NCBI GenBank assembly: GCA_934098385.1
Contig: CAKOOJ010000003.1
Location: forward strand, 78,848 to 142,847
From: an uncultured Bacilli bacterium
GTDB taxonomy: Bacteria > Bacillota_I > Bacilli_A > RF39 > UBA660
DNA: 64,000 bases
Direction of reading: 5' to 3'
The notes below the pieces were generated by a model, which made no database searches, was not told where the DNA came from, and saw only the letters and a program-made list of their open reading frames with translations. Positions within the stretch are counted from its first letter, which is position 1, and the number at the start of each line of letters is the position of its first letter. Positions 47,082 to 56,951 of this stretch are shown in pieces. A program made the translations under genes and the position numbers.

Positions 47082-48578
47082 TTAATTTATTAAAGAACCA
47101 TAACATAATCCATCTTTATATTTAAATCCATTTGGACATTCATTACTTGATGGCTTATTTTCGTAATCATTTACACAATTTTCATCTGTTAAATAGTTTG
47201 TTTCATCACATCCAGGATAATAACATTTACCATCTATTTCATTTAAATATCCACATGATCCTGGAGATACGTAGCTGTTTTTATCATAACAATCTCCATC
47301 AATATAAACTGCATTATTTGAACATTTATTATTTTCAACTACTTTTGTTGTTGTTATAGGTTTAGTAGTTTTAGAATTTACTTCATTACTAGAATTATCT
47401 GTTTTAATCTTAGTAGATTTTATTGGTGTAGATTCACTTGTCCAATTTATCACGTCAGAATTTTTTTCTTTTTCACCATAAAGATAAAAGTCGTTACTTG
47501 TATTGTATTTTTCATATGAAATCATTATTTTGTTATTTAGTTCATTTTCCGTTAAATAATTTAGTATTTTTATAATATCTTTTTCAGCACTATTAAAATC
47601 TATATCATTTGTTGTTGATAACATTATTAATAGCCCTTCTTTTTTGCATTCTATTATATTATCTTCATAATTATCTTTAACATAATCTTTTATATTATTT
47701 AATGAATTTTTATTTATGCATGAAGTATCATATTTTACTGGTTCAAGATTATCATCTTTATTGTTAATTTTATTTGAAATATTTTCAAATATATTTTTAT
47801 CTATTTTAATATTAGGTATTATTAGTACAATTAAGACTACTAAAACTATTATTAATATCGGAGATAATATGTATGGTAATTTTGATTCTTTTTCTACTAC
47901 TTCATCTTTTAATTTAATATGAGTATTTTTTATTTTCCAGCCATATACTTTCATTGGAAGCCATATCCCATATATTCCGAATGTTATAATTGTTAATAAA
48001 TACCACAATAGATAATGGCCTATTAAACTTATAGATTTTCCATTAAAGACAATTCTTTTTTTATTAATAATTGTATGATTTGCAATCCATTTGTATTTAT
48101 AACATACTGCAAATGGGAATAATAATCCTAAAGATAATAAACTTACTAAGTAGGTAAATATATTTACTCCTATTATACCTAATATTTTTCCATCAAAATA
48201 ACTTTCACCTACGATTAAATCTTCATCTTCAAAATGTGTATTTGATGCTATCCATTTTTCCATATTAAGTGGAACCCATATGTAATATATACCTAATGTA
48301 ATTATTGTAAATAAAATCCATTTAAATCTTAATACAAAAAGACTTGTTCCTTTTCCTTCAAATTTTAATCTTTTACCATTATATACAGTGTGGTTGATTT
48401 GATATTCCAATAATATTTTGTCAGCCCATGGTTTTGCAATTCCTATACTTACTAAACTTATAAGAAGTGCCAATATTTTATATCCTAAATATTCTATAAA
48501 TTTTCCATCAAAGTAGGAATCTGTCCTGATAACCTTTTCTACTTTTACCTCATCAAAATTTTTTTCGTTGTTTTCCAT
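47082..48578 (-). CDS. Membrane protein with two DUF898 (YjgN)-like repeats and a Cys-rich extracellular C-terminal region
   Basis: YFDGKFIEYLGYKILALLISLVSIGIAKPW..YNGKRLKFEGKG..ITLGIYYIW is repeated as YFDGKILGIIGVNIF..INKKRIVFNGKS..ITFGIYGIW. The C-terminal 100 aa contain about 12 Cys. Confidence 0.6.
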   Translation of the reverse strand: MENNEKNFDEVKVEKVIRTDSYFDGKFIEYLGYKILALLISLVSIGIAKPWADKILLEYQINHTVYNGKRLKFEGKGTSLFVLRFKWILFTIITLGIYYIWVPLNMEKWIASNTHFEDEDLIVGESYFDGKILGIIGVNIFTYLVSLLSLGLLFPFAVCYKYKWIANHTIINKKRIVFNGKSISLIGHYLLWYLLTIITFGIYGIWLPMKVYGWKIKNTHIKLKDEVVEKESKLPYILSPILIIVLVVLIVLIIPNIKIDKNIFENISNKINNKDDNLEPVKYDTSCINKNSLNNIKDYVKDNYEDNIIECKKEGLLIMLSTTNDIDFNSAEKDIIKILNYLTENELNNKIMISYEKYNTSNDFYLYGEKEKNSDVINWTSESTPIKSTKIKTDNSSNEVNSKTTKPITTTKVVENNKCSNNAVYIDGDCYDKNSYVSPGSCGYLNEIDGKCYYPGCDETNYLTDENCVNDYENKPSSNECPNGFKYKDGLCYGSLIN

Positions 48579-48641
48579 TTACTCCTCCTATTATAATCAT
48601 ACTAAAAAAAATATAATTTTTATATGCCATTTATATTTTTT

Positions 48642-48839
48642 CTATTTCTTTTCATTTTTTGATATAGATGCAACTGAAATAATTATTCCTAATAAATTTA
48701 ATCCTACACTTACTCCTAGTAATAATCCTGATATGAAATCATTAAGATTAGTATAATTTTTACTTAAATAACTTTGTAAAAAATATAATACCTCACCTAC
48801 TATTATCAATATAATTCCTATTTTTGTTTGTTTTTTCAT
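48642..48839 (-). CDS. Small 2-TM membrane protein (65 aa)
   Basis: The ORF has two hydrophobic helices. No motif was recognised. Confidence 0.4.
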   Translation of the reverse strand: MKKQTKIGIILIIVGEVLYFLQSYLSKNYTNLNDFISGLLLGVSVGLNLLGIIISVASISKNEKK

Positions 48840-48884
48840 ATATATTCTCCTTAAATTAATTATATCTTACTAAAATAAAAAATA

Positions 48885-49079
48885 CTAGAATTTTCTAGTA
48901 TTATTTGAAAGAGTTTTTCTTTTTATATCATTTTCATTTTCTAACATATCTAGTTCTCTTTCTTTAAGTTCATTTTGTTTTTCAATAGCTATTGCAAGTC
49001 TTTTCATTACTTCAGTACTTTTATTAAGTCTATCTATTGAATGTTTTAAACTCATCATTACATCTGTTTCGTATGACAT
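48885..49079 (-). CDS. Small coiled-coil protein (64 aa)
   Basis: This rests on the ORF only. The sequence is charged and helical. Confidence 0.3.
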   Translation of the reverse strand: MSYETDVMMSLKHSIDRLNKSTEVMKRLAIAIEKQNELKERELDMLENENDIKRKTLSNNTRKF

Positions 49080-49175
49080 ATAAAATCCCCCTTTGGTAAG
49101 ATGTATTATAGCATAAGTTTTAGTGATGTCAAGAAAATATTTATTAAAGAAAAAAGAACTAGTAAATACTAATTC

Positions 49176-49952
49176 TTATGAACCTGCACTCGTATATTTT
49201 TTTATGCCTTTTTTAAATAAATATAGAGATGGTATAAGATATAATAAAACTAATAGAGGTGTAAAACAATATAATTTATTATTACTTTTACCTACTAAAT
49301 ATAGTAATGGATAATAATTTATACATGCATATGGAATAAGATAAGTAAATATAAATCTAAAATACTTATTAAATATTCCTATTGGATATTGTGCTACATG
49401 TTTTCCACCATCTGTAAATAAATTTCTAACTTCTAAACCTTGTACTGTAATAAAACAATAAGAAGCCATAATTAAGAATATAGAAAAGAATATAAAACTA
49501 GAAGACAATAACATTAAAATTAGAGTTATTAATTTTAAAATATTAAAATTTATATTTAAATTTATTAAAGATATAAATAGTATTACAATAGCTTGTATTA
49601 TTCTTGATATTTTAACAAAGTTTATTTCTGATGCGATACTTTGTATTAATATACTTTGTGGTCTTAGAAGTATTCTATCAAAAGTTCCATTTATAATTAA
49701 ATTATCAAATTGATCTATTCCTCTTGCGAAAGCTTCATTCATACTAAAACCGAATTGTACTATGCTAAAGCATAATAATACTTCATATAAAGTAAATCCT
49801 TTTATATTATTAAATTTTGTAAATAAAGCAATAATTATAAAATAATATGTAAATACTACAAATATTTGTGATATAAATCCTATTATGAATGATTTTTTAT
49901 ATTCTAATAAAGATGTTAAATGCATTTTAAATAAACTAAAATATATTTTCAT
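49176..49952 (-). CDS. ABC-2 family transporter permease
   Basis: It has six predicted TM helices. It is the third gene of an ATPase-permease-permease operon, with a 1-nt start/stop overlap. Confidence 0.7.
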   Translation of the reverse strand: MKIYFSLFKMHLTSLLEYKKSFIIGFISQIFVVFTYYFIIIALFTKFNNIKGFTLYEVLLCFSIVQFGFSMNEAFARGIDQFDNLIINGTFDRILLRPQSILIQSIASEINFVKISRIIQAIVILFISLINLNINFNILKLITLILMLLSSSFIFFSIFLIMASYCFITVQGLEVRNLFTDGGKHVAQYPIGIFNKYFRFIFTYLIPYACINYYPLLYLVGKSNNKLYCFTPLLVLLYLIPSLYLFKKGIKKYTSAGS

Positions 49953-50758
49953 TATCCACCTTGTACTATTACTTTCTTTGATATATTATTTGTTAATTTA
50001 TTGCCTATTATTAATAAAACTATTAACCATATTATTGCACCTATTAAATTTGGTAAAATATTTGTTATATTAAAATTTCCTGAATATATTCTAAATGGTA
50101 AATCAGCTATATATCTAAATGGTAATAAGTTTGATATAATTCTTAAAAATTTAGGAAAGAATGCAATTGGTATTGTTCCACCTGCAAATATTTCTCCTAT
50201 TACCATAAATAGTGTAATTATTCCTTTTTCATCTAAAGTATAAAATATTAATAAATGATAAATCATTGTAAATGCATTAATTAATAAACTAGATATTATC
50301 ATAAATATTATAAATAATATAACTGAATTAATTGAATTTGGTAATGTTAAATTATAAGGTTTTGGTAAGAAGAATGCTATTAGAATAACTAATGGACTTC
50401 TTAGAATTACTGCAGATAATCTATCTCCGTACATTGATGAAAACCATTTTTTATAAAAATTTATTGGTCTTATAAATTCATAAGATATGTTACCATTTTT
50501 TATTAAGTTTATTAAATTTTTATCTTTGTACCAAGTATATACTAATGCAAAGAAAGCTTGATTTAACCATAAATAATTTATTAATTCATTTAAATTCATG
50601 GGTAATTTTGTATTATTTGTTGAAGAATAAAATGCTAGATAGACTGAAATAAATACAAATCCAAAAAAGAATTGAGTACATATTCCAGCTATTGCTGCTT
50701 TTCTATATTGTATACTATTTATAAATCTTAGTTTAAATAAAGATATATATGTTTTCAT
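49952..50758 (-). CDS. ABC-2 family transporter permease
   Basis: It is polytopic and overlaps the ATPase gene by 4 nt. Confidence 0.7.
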   Translation of the reverse strand: MKTYISLFKLRFINSIQYRKAAIAGICTQFFFGFVFISVYLAFYSSTNNTKLPMNLNELINYLWLNQAFFALVYTWYKDKNLINLIKNGNISYEFIRPINFYKKWFSSMYGDRLSAVILRSPLVILIAFFLPKPYNLTLPNSINSVILFIIFMIISSLLINAFTMIYHLLIFYTLDEKGIITLFMVIGEIFAGGTIPIAFFPKFLRIISNLLPFRYIADLPFRIYSGNFNITNILPNLIGAIIWLIVLLIIGNKLTNNISKKVIVQGG

Positions 50759-51738
50759 ATTTCACAATCTTTATATAATTTTAATATTATATTATCTATG
50801 TTTTCATTTTCTATTTCTATATCTTTTATATCTATTAAATTAGATAAATATTTTAAGAAGTTAGATATGGATAAAAGGTTTGTATCTAATATAAAATTAT
50901 ATCCATAATCTTTTTTTGTTTGTTTTATTATTCCTTTTTTATTTAATTTATTAAGTTTATTTTTTGTAATTATTTGTATTTCTTTTGTATTATCATATTT
51001 CTCTTTTAATTTTTTTATATTTCCATCATATAATATTCGTCCTTTTCCAATAAGTATAATTCTTTTTGCAAGTGCTTCGATATCACTCATATCGTGCGTT
51101 GTTAATATAATAGTTGTATTCATTTCCTTATTGATTTTTTTGATAAAATTTCTTACATTTATTTTGCTTTCGGCATCAAGTCCTATAGTAGGTTCATCTA
51201 AAAACAATATGGATGGTTTATGAATAAGTGAAGCAGCAATTTCACAGCGCATCCTTTGACCTAGACTAAGTTGTCTAACAGGAATATTAACTATATTTTT
51301 TAAGTCTAATAATTCTATTAGTTGTTCCCTAGTTTTATTAAATTCAGATTCATCTAATTTATATATATCTTTTAATAAATCAAATGTATCTGATGCAGGA
51401 ATGTCCCACCATAACTGGCTTCGTTGTCCAAATACTACACCGATATTACTAACATATTTGATTCTGTCTTTAGATGGTGATAATCCGTTAATGTTAATAG
51501 TACCTTCGTCTGGTGTAAGAATTCCACTAAGCATTTTTATGGTAGTACTTTTTCCTGCTCCATTAGGTCCAATGTATCCAATAATTTCCCCTTTTTCTAT
51601 TTCAAAAGAGACATCTTTGACTGCTTCTATATAGATGTAATTTCTTTTGAAAAATGATTTTAAAGATGCTTTTAATCCAGATTGACGTTTGGCAACTTTA
51701 AAAGTTTTTGATATGTGGTTTACATTGATGAATGACAT
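50755..51738 (-). CDS. ABC transporter ATP-binding protein
   Basis: It has Walker A GPNGAGKST, the signature LSLGQRMR, Walker B LFLDEPTIGLD and the H-loop TTHDM. Confidence 0.9.
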   Translation of the reverse strand: MSFINVNHISKTFKVAKRQSGLKASLKSFFKRNYIYIEAVKDVSFEIEKGEIIGYIGPNGAGKSTTIKMLSGILTPDEGTININGLSPSKDRIKYVSNIGVVFGQRSQLWWDIPASDTFDLLKDIYKLDESEFNKTREQLIELLDLKNIVNIPVRQLSLGQRMRCEIAASLIHKPSILFLDEPTIGLDAESKINVRNFIKKINKEMNTTIILTTHDMSDIEALAKRIILIGKGRILYDGNIKKLKEKYDNTKEIQIITKNKLNKLNKKGIIKQTKKDYGYNFILDTNLLSISNFLKYLSNLIDIKDIEIENENIDNIILKLYKDCEI

Positions 51739-51762
51739 TTTTATCTACACTCCTTTCAACGC

Positions 51763-51808
51763 AAAAAAACACATTATATTTTCACATGAATTTGAGTAAT
51801 ATGTGTTT
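51763..51808 (-). terminator. Weak hairpin plus U-run between the GNAT gene and the ABC operon (terminator or attenuator)
   Basis: aaacacat (51767..51774) pairs with atgtgttt (51801..51808), leaving a large 26-nt loop. On the minus strand it is followed by T-rich sequence. Confidence 0.3.
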
Positions 51809-51865
51809 ATATATGTGTTCTTTCACAAATGTCAATTTAATATTATCATTTGGTAGTTAATGTTG

Positions 51866-52624
51866 TCAATCTATTTTTTGCTCGTTTAGTAATTTTTTTA
51901 AAGAATTTGCATTTAAGATTGTATTTGATATAAATTTTTCTTTATAAAAGTTTGCCCAATTATTAAATATGCATGGAGCATTTTTTGCTTTATCTAGGGA
52001 ATCTATTTTTATAAAATTAATTTTTATATTATTATCTTTTGCGTAATTAGTTAATTCTTCTACTTCATATTCTACATAAGGGCATTCATTACTGTAATAA
52101 ACGATAAAATCTTCATTATCAATTTTCATTTGTCTTGCTGTTTCATTAAATTTAGGAGTTTCATTATTATCAAATTGTAGTGCTAGTAGTTCATAATCTC
52201 TTATTTCGTCTACAACTTTAAAACCAAAATGTTCATAAAATTTTTTATCTCCTATGAAAGGTTTTTTCTTCTTTGATGAAAGTGTACAAATTCCACTAAG
52301 TCCTTTTTCTTTTGTATCATTTATTGCATATTCTAATAATTCTTTTCCAATACTTTTTCCTTTGAAACTACCTGCAACCCATAAACAATAAATGTAATTG
52401 TAATTGTTTCCGTTTATTGGAACCCATGCATTATTAAGATTTTCATATTCTATAAATGTTTTTCCTCTAGCATTTAATTTTCTAAATACATGTCCATCAT
52501 TTAATTTATTTTTAATCCATTCTTTTTTTCTATTAACACCATTTTGATGTTTTTTATCTCCTATTGCACAACAAATGTGTTCTTCATCTATATTGTCTAG
52601 TGTTAAATTAATATACTCATTCAT
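51866..52624 (-). CDS. GNAT N-acetyltransferase with C-terminal YoaP-like domain
   Basis: It shows the EEHICCAI N-terminus and an acetyl-CoA binding region (WVAGSFKGKSIGKELLEYA). The C-terminal YYSNECPY..FIKIDS..AKNAPC resembles the YoaP-type thioredoxin-like extension. Confidence 0.7.
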   Translation of the reverse strand: MNEYINLTLDNIDEEHICCAIGDKKHQNGVNRKKEWIKNKLNDGHVFRKLNARGKTFIEYENLNNAWVPINGNNYNYIYCLWVAGSFKGKSIGKELLEYAINDTKEKGLSGICTLSSKKKKPFIGDKKFYEHFGFKVVDEIRDYELLALQFDNNETPKFNETARQMKIDNEDFIVYYSNECPYVEYEVEELTNYAKDNNIKINFIKIDSLDKAKNAPCIFNNWANFYKEKFISNTILNANSLKKLLNEQKID

Positions 52625-52718
52625 ATAAATTACTCCATTCTTTGTTATATTTATAATTTTGTTATAACAAATTAATTATTTATTTTACAACTACCACTAT
52701 GTTCTTTAAAATAATCTT

Positions 52719-53048
52719 CTATATGTGCTTTCTATTTTGAACTAAGTATTTTAGTACTCTAAATTCATTTTTTGTATGTTCTATTATAGTGTTATCTTTT
52801 TCTATTGTACTTTTGTTAATGTTTAAAATAAAATCTTTCGCATCTATTTTATCTATGTTTTCTTGTGATTTAGTTCTTCTTAGTAATGAATTAATTTTTG
52901 CAAGCAGAATATGTATATTAAATGGTTTTGTTATGTAATGGTCTGCTCCATTATTTATACTTAGTAATTCATCTATTTCATTATCTCTACTAGTTACGAT
53001 TATTATAGGTATATTTGATTTTTTTCTTATTTCTTTAATTATTATCAT
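52719..53048 (-). pseudogene. Fragment of an OmpR-family response regulator (lacks the phospho-acceptor region and most of the DNA-binding domain)
   Basis: The 109-aa ORF begins at the alpha3/beta4 part of a receiver domain (IPIIIVTSRDNEIDELLSINNGADHYITKPF). It stops early in the winged-helix domain (TKNEFRVLKYLVQNRKHI*). No receiver N-terminus is present in any frame upstream, and no partner kinase is present. Confidence 0.65.
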
Positions 53049-53091
53049 TTTTCTTCTTATATTTTTATTATATAAATAATATTAATGTAAG

Positions 53092-53124
53092 CAAAAAGCA
53101 CTCAATCTAGCGTAGATTAAGTGC
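53092..53124 (-). terminator. Rho-independent terminator downstream of metK
   Basis: A 12-bp stem forms between gcactcaatcta (53098..53109) and tagattaagtgc (53113..53124), with one G-U pair and a 3-nt loop. On the minus strand it is followed by UUUUU. Confidence 0.65.
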
Positions 53125-53249
53125 TCAACCCATAAAGGCGAGTACTCAACGTACCATGTTAAGTATTCCCTTTTTTATTTTATTCAAGTCTCCTTGACAT
53201 ATTCATGATAACATATTGTTTATACATTTTCAAATAGAATTTATCATAT

Positions 53250-54356
53250 TTATAATAAATTATTTGTTTCTTTTATTTTTTCCCATGGTAAATTTAAATC
53301 TGTTCTTCCAAAATGTCCGTATGATGCTAAATCGTAATATATTGGATTTAATAAATCTAATTCTTTTATAATATTATCTACACTAAAATTAAAATTATTA
53401 TTTACAAATTCATATATTTTATCTATATCTACTTTATTCGTATTAAATGTATTTATGTAAACTGAGATTGGATATTCTTTTCCTATTGCATATGCTAATT
53501 CTATTTCACATTTATCTGCTAAGTTATGAGCTACAATATTTTTTGCAACATATCTTGCATAGTATGCTCCACTTCTATCTACTTTAGATGGGTCTTTACT
53601 GCTAAAGCATCCTCCACCTACTTTTCCTATTCCTCCATAAGTGTCTACAACTATTTTTCTACCTGTTGTTCCACTGTCTCCAAACGAACCACCTATTGTA
53701 AATTTGCCACTTGTGTTTATTAATATTTTTGTGTTTTTATTAAGTAGATTGGTAGGAACAACTTTGTTTATTACTTCATTAATAATTAAATTTTCTAATT
53801 CTTTTTTATCTATATTTTCTTTATGTTGAGATGCAATGATTATTGTATCTATTCTTTTTGGAATATCATTTTCATATTCGATAGTTATTTGTGTTTTACC
53901 ATCAGGATTTAGTATAGAATTTTTGTCTTTTTTTCTTACATCTGATAATCTTTTTGCTAGTTTATTTGCTAAAAGGATTGGTAGTGGCATATATTCTTTT
54001 GTTTCATTTGTTGCATAACCAAACATTATTCCTTGATCTCCTGCCATAATTTTATCTTGTTCTACTGCATTATTTATTTCAATAGATTGTTTATTTACTT
54101 TAACAATTACATTATATTCTTCTTCATAGCCAATATCTTTTAATACTTTTTTTGCTAGAGAACTATAATCTAATTTTGCTTTAGTTGTTGTTTCTCCGTA
54201 AATAAATATTAAATCATCTTTTATAGTTGCTTCTACTGCCATTTTGCTACTTTTGTCTTGTCTTAATGCTTCATCTAATATGTAATCACTGATTTTATCA
54301 CATATTTTATCTGGATGTCCTTCCGTTACTGATTCACTTGTTAAATAATATTTCAT
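53250..54356 (-). CDS. metK: S-adenosylmethionine synthetase
   Basis: YLTSESVTEGHPDKICDKISD, GDQGIMFGYA, GGSFGDSGTTGRK and GGGCFSSKDPSKVDRSGAYYAR are canonical MetK motifs. The C variant replaces the usual GGGAFSGKD. Confidence 0.95.
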   Translation of the reverse strand: MKYYLTSESVTEGHPDKICDKISDYILDEALRQDKSSKMAVEATIKDDLIFIYGETTTKAKLDYSSLAKKVLKDIGYEEEYNVIVKVNKQSIEINNAVEQDKIMAGDQGIMFGYATNETKEYMPLPILLANKLAKRLSDVRKKDKNSILNPDGKTQITIEYENDIPKRIDTIIIASQHKENIDKKELENLIINEVINKVVPTNLLNKNTKILINTSGKFTIGGSFGDSGTTGRKIVVDTYGGIGKVGGGCFSSKDPSKVDRSGAYYARYVAKNIVAHNLADKCEIELAYAIGKEYPISVYINTFNTNKVDIDKIYEFVNNNFNFSVDNIIKELDLLNPIYYDLASYGHFGRTDLNLPWEKIKETNNLL

Positions 54357-54385
54357 ATAATCTCCCTCTTTCTCTTTTTATCAAA

Positions 54386-54508
54386 AATAAAAAACTCTTG
54401 AAAGAGTTATTGTTATAAAAATCTCTTTCATCGATATTAGCATTACCACCTTACTGTTGCAGGTTGGTATGAGTTCTTAGAGCTAATTCTCTCCCTCATT
54501 CTTGATAA
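54386..54508 (-). promoter_or_regulatory. SAM-I (S-box) riboswitch with terminator, upstream of metK
   Basis: The minus strand reads UUAUCAAGAAUGAGGGAGAGAAUUAGCUCUAAGAACUCAUACCAACCUGCAACAGUAAGGUGGUAAUGCUAAUAUCGAUGAAAGAGAU (about 54508..54421). It contains the S-box hallmarks AUCAAGA, GGGAG, GCAAC, UGCUAAU and GAAAGA. The P1 3' strand AAAGAG can alternatively pair with CUCUUU of the terminator AACUCUUUCAAGAGUU plus U-run (54408..54386). Confidence 0.8.
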
Positions 54509-54582
54509 AAAATTATAATTATTTAACGTATTATTTCTAATACAATTTTATTTTAACATTATTTTTATATTTTGTATATATT

Positions 54583-55476
54583 TTATTTTTTCTTTTTAGT
54601 ACTATTCTTTTCACTATTCTCTAACACAAATTCATCAAGTAAAGGCATAGTATCTGTTAAATATGAATATATTTCAAAATACATTTGGACTTCAGAAGAA
54701 TCTCCTTTTTGATAATATCCAGCCATAACATCTTCATTTTTTTTAATTGTTTCTTTAAAAAAATTTATAAAGTGTTTGTTTGATTTATTAATCCTATTTA
54801 AATAACTTTTAGCCTTGGTTTCATCACCTAATTTATAATATAGTGCAAATAATGGAAATAACATTTCTAAATTTTCTTCAGGATATTTTTTATATAAATC
54901 TAATGCTGGTTTTTCTTCTTCTAAATATGCATAAGCTGCCATCAATTTATATCTAGCACCAGTATTATCACTCTCATTTAATCTTAGTATTTCTTTGCAT
55001 ACTTCTATTCCTTGTTTTATTTTACCAGTTAAAAGTAAAATATCTGCTTTCATGTAATGTCCACCAATATATGGTCTTGTTTCAAAAATACCATAAAAGT
55101 GTCCTATGTTATCTTTATCAAAATAATTTTCTTTTTCTAATCTTTTCTTTTCTTCAATTAATCCTTGGTTTAAAAGTTTTAATTTTTTTATAAAATTATC
55201 TTCTAGTTTAACTTGTAGTAATAAGGCATCAAAACATTCAGGATATTTTTTATAAACTTTTTTAGCGATATTTATTCTTTCTTTTATATCTTTATTTCTA
55301 TCTTCTGCTTCTTCTAACATTTCATAAGCGTCATCTAATGGAGTGTTTTCATATTCAATTTCTCCATTATTATATTTTTCTAAAAAGCCTTGCATTTTTT
55401 CATTTAATTCGTCAATATTATCTATGTTGTTGTCCTCTATAAATTGTTGTATCATATTATTTAATTTATTATCCAT
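54583..55476 (-). CDS. TPR-like helical-repeat protein
   Basis: Likely start is MDNKLNNMIQQF. The sequence is a helical repeat (ARYKLMAAYAYLEEEKPALDLYKKY..LYYKLGDETKAKSYL). Function is unknown. Confidence 0.5.
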   Translation of the reverse strand: MDNKLNNMIQQFIEDNNIDNIDELNEKMQGFLEKYNNGEIEYENTPLDDAYEMLEEAEDRNKDIKERINIAKKVYKKYPECFDALLLQVKLEDNFIKKLKLLNQGLIEEKKRLEKENYFDKDNIGHFYGIFETRPYIGGHYMKADILLLTGKIKQGIEVCKEILRLNESDNTGARYKLMAAYAYLEEEKPALDLYKKYPEENLEMLFPLFALYYKLGDETKAKSYLNRINKSNKHFINFFKETIKKNEDVMAGYYQKGDSSEVQMYFEIYSYLTDTMPLLDEFVLENSEKNSTKKKK

Positions 55477-55575
55477 ATTTCTCCTTCCAAATAAATTATT
55501 AATATATTTATATTTTATCAAGAATAATATTTAATATCAATTAAAAAGAATCCAATAATTTATTGAAAACTTTTT

Positions 55576-56922
55576 TTATCTCATTTCTGTATAATCTATA
55601 TATCTTCCTGTTTCCCCCGTACTAATAATATAATAGTAATGATAACACGTATAATCTATGTTTGTTTCTGGATTGTTCTTTTTATATTCTTCTTTTTCTT
55701 TATCTGTATATTCTCTTTCATTTGTCATTGGAATGACTATTGCATCTTTTCCATTTACTTTTCTTATTTCAGGTCTGTGTACAGCATAATCTGATTTTAA
55801 TTCAGTTAATGTTGTAATGTATGTTTCATCTATTTTTTCGATAATTAACTTATTATTTTCATTAACTGCTATGTAATCTGAATTAATAAAAAATATGTCA
55901 TTATATTTTTTACTTGTATATTTTAAAACATCATCTTCATAAATTAAATATATATTATTATCATCTAAAATAATTTTATCATTGTATATTTTCATTTCTT
56001 TATAAGTTCCTTTATATATTTCTTTTAGATTTTCATTATATAAATTTGTTATAATATTGTAAGTAGATTTATCACAATAATATAATTTACCGTTTACAAT
56101 TTCTGAAGTATTCACGTTTTCTAACAATACTTGTCCAGTGTTAATATTTATTAATCCACTCTTATTATCTTTTGTTTGGAAAAGAAATAAATTTTTTTTG
56201 ACAGAAATATAATCACTTGTTAAGTAAGAATAATTCCCGTAATCAATTAACATTTTATTTTCTTTTAAATCATAATATCCTGCTGAATAATTATTTTTAT
56301 TATCAACTTTCCGTAAAAATAAGCCAATCAAATTTTCATCATTTTTTTCTGCTAGTATGTTTATGTAACTATATTTTATTAAATCTATATTAAGTTTTGT
56401 TTTTTTATTTGTATTGTAGTCATAAGTAAAGTATTCGTTATTGTCAAAACCAACTATAAATCTTCCATTTTCTGATACGTCAAAGATTTCACAATTATTA
56501 GTTGTGCAGCTATAACACCTAGTATTAGTTGAGTTACGATCTTTCTCAATATAGTAGTGATTATCATATTCTTTTATACAAAATGAATCACCTTTTTTTC
56601 CTTCATAGCTAATTTGAGAAACATTATTATTTTCATTGTTATTATCATTATTATAATCTTTTTTATTGTCATATTTATATTCAAACTTATTATCAGTTTC
56701 ATTTAATATATCTTCTATTATAGAAAAAGTAAATATAAAATTAAATATTAACATGATACTAGATATAATTATACCTATAATACTTAAAGTTTTTCCTTTA
56801 TCGTTTAGTTCTTTTGATTTGCTTAATCCTATTATTGATAATATTAGTCCTACTACCGGTATTATAAATGACAAGATAAACCCTATTATTGACATTGTAT
56901 TGTTTTCATTATTATTTTTCAT
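55576..56922 (-). CDS. DUF4190-type two-TM anchor fused to a 380-aa variable domain
   Basis: The N-terminus is MKNNNENNTMSIIGFILSFIIPVVGLILSIIGLSKSKELNDKGKTLSIIGIIIS. It resembles the DUF4190 signature and is nearly identical to the next gene. Confidence 0.55.
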   Translation of the reverse strand: MKNNNENNTMSIIGFILSFIIPVVGLILSIIGLSKSKELNDKGKTLSIIGIIISSIMLIFNFIFTFSIIEDILNETDNKFEYKYDNKKDYNNDNNNENNNVSQISYEGKKGDSFCIKEYDNHYYIEKDRNSTNTRCYSCTTNNCEIFDVSENGRFIVGFDNNEYFTYDYNTNKKTKLNIDLIKYSYINILAEKNDENLIGLFLRKVDNKNNYSAGYYDLKENKMLIDYGNYSYLTSDYISVKKNLFLFQTKDNKSGLININTGQVLLENVNTSEIVNGKLYYCDKSTYNIITNLYNENLKEIYKGTYKEMKIYNDKIILDDNNIYLIYEDDVLKYTSKKYNDIFFINSDYIAVNENNKLIIEKIDETYITTLTELKSDYAVHRPEIRKVNGKDAIVIPMTNEREYTDKEKEEYKKNNPETNIDYTCYHYYYIISTGETGRYIDYTEMR

Positions 56923-56927
56923 TTCTT
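56769..56927. repeat. Direct repeat (5' end of the DUF4190 paralogue), copy 1
   Basis: Hand alignment with 57521..57679 gives about 139 of 159 identical positions with no indels. It covers the start codon, a few 5'-UTR nt and the first about 50 codons. Confidence 0.8.
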
Positions 56928-56951
56928 CACCTTACTTTTCAAAACATTTAT

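Noticed and set aside
49123-49314. 63-aa plus-strand ORF between the small coiled-coil gene and the ABC permease
   Set aside because: It mostly overlaps the 3' end of the permease gene in antisense. It has no RBS and an implausible composition.
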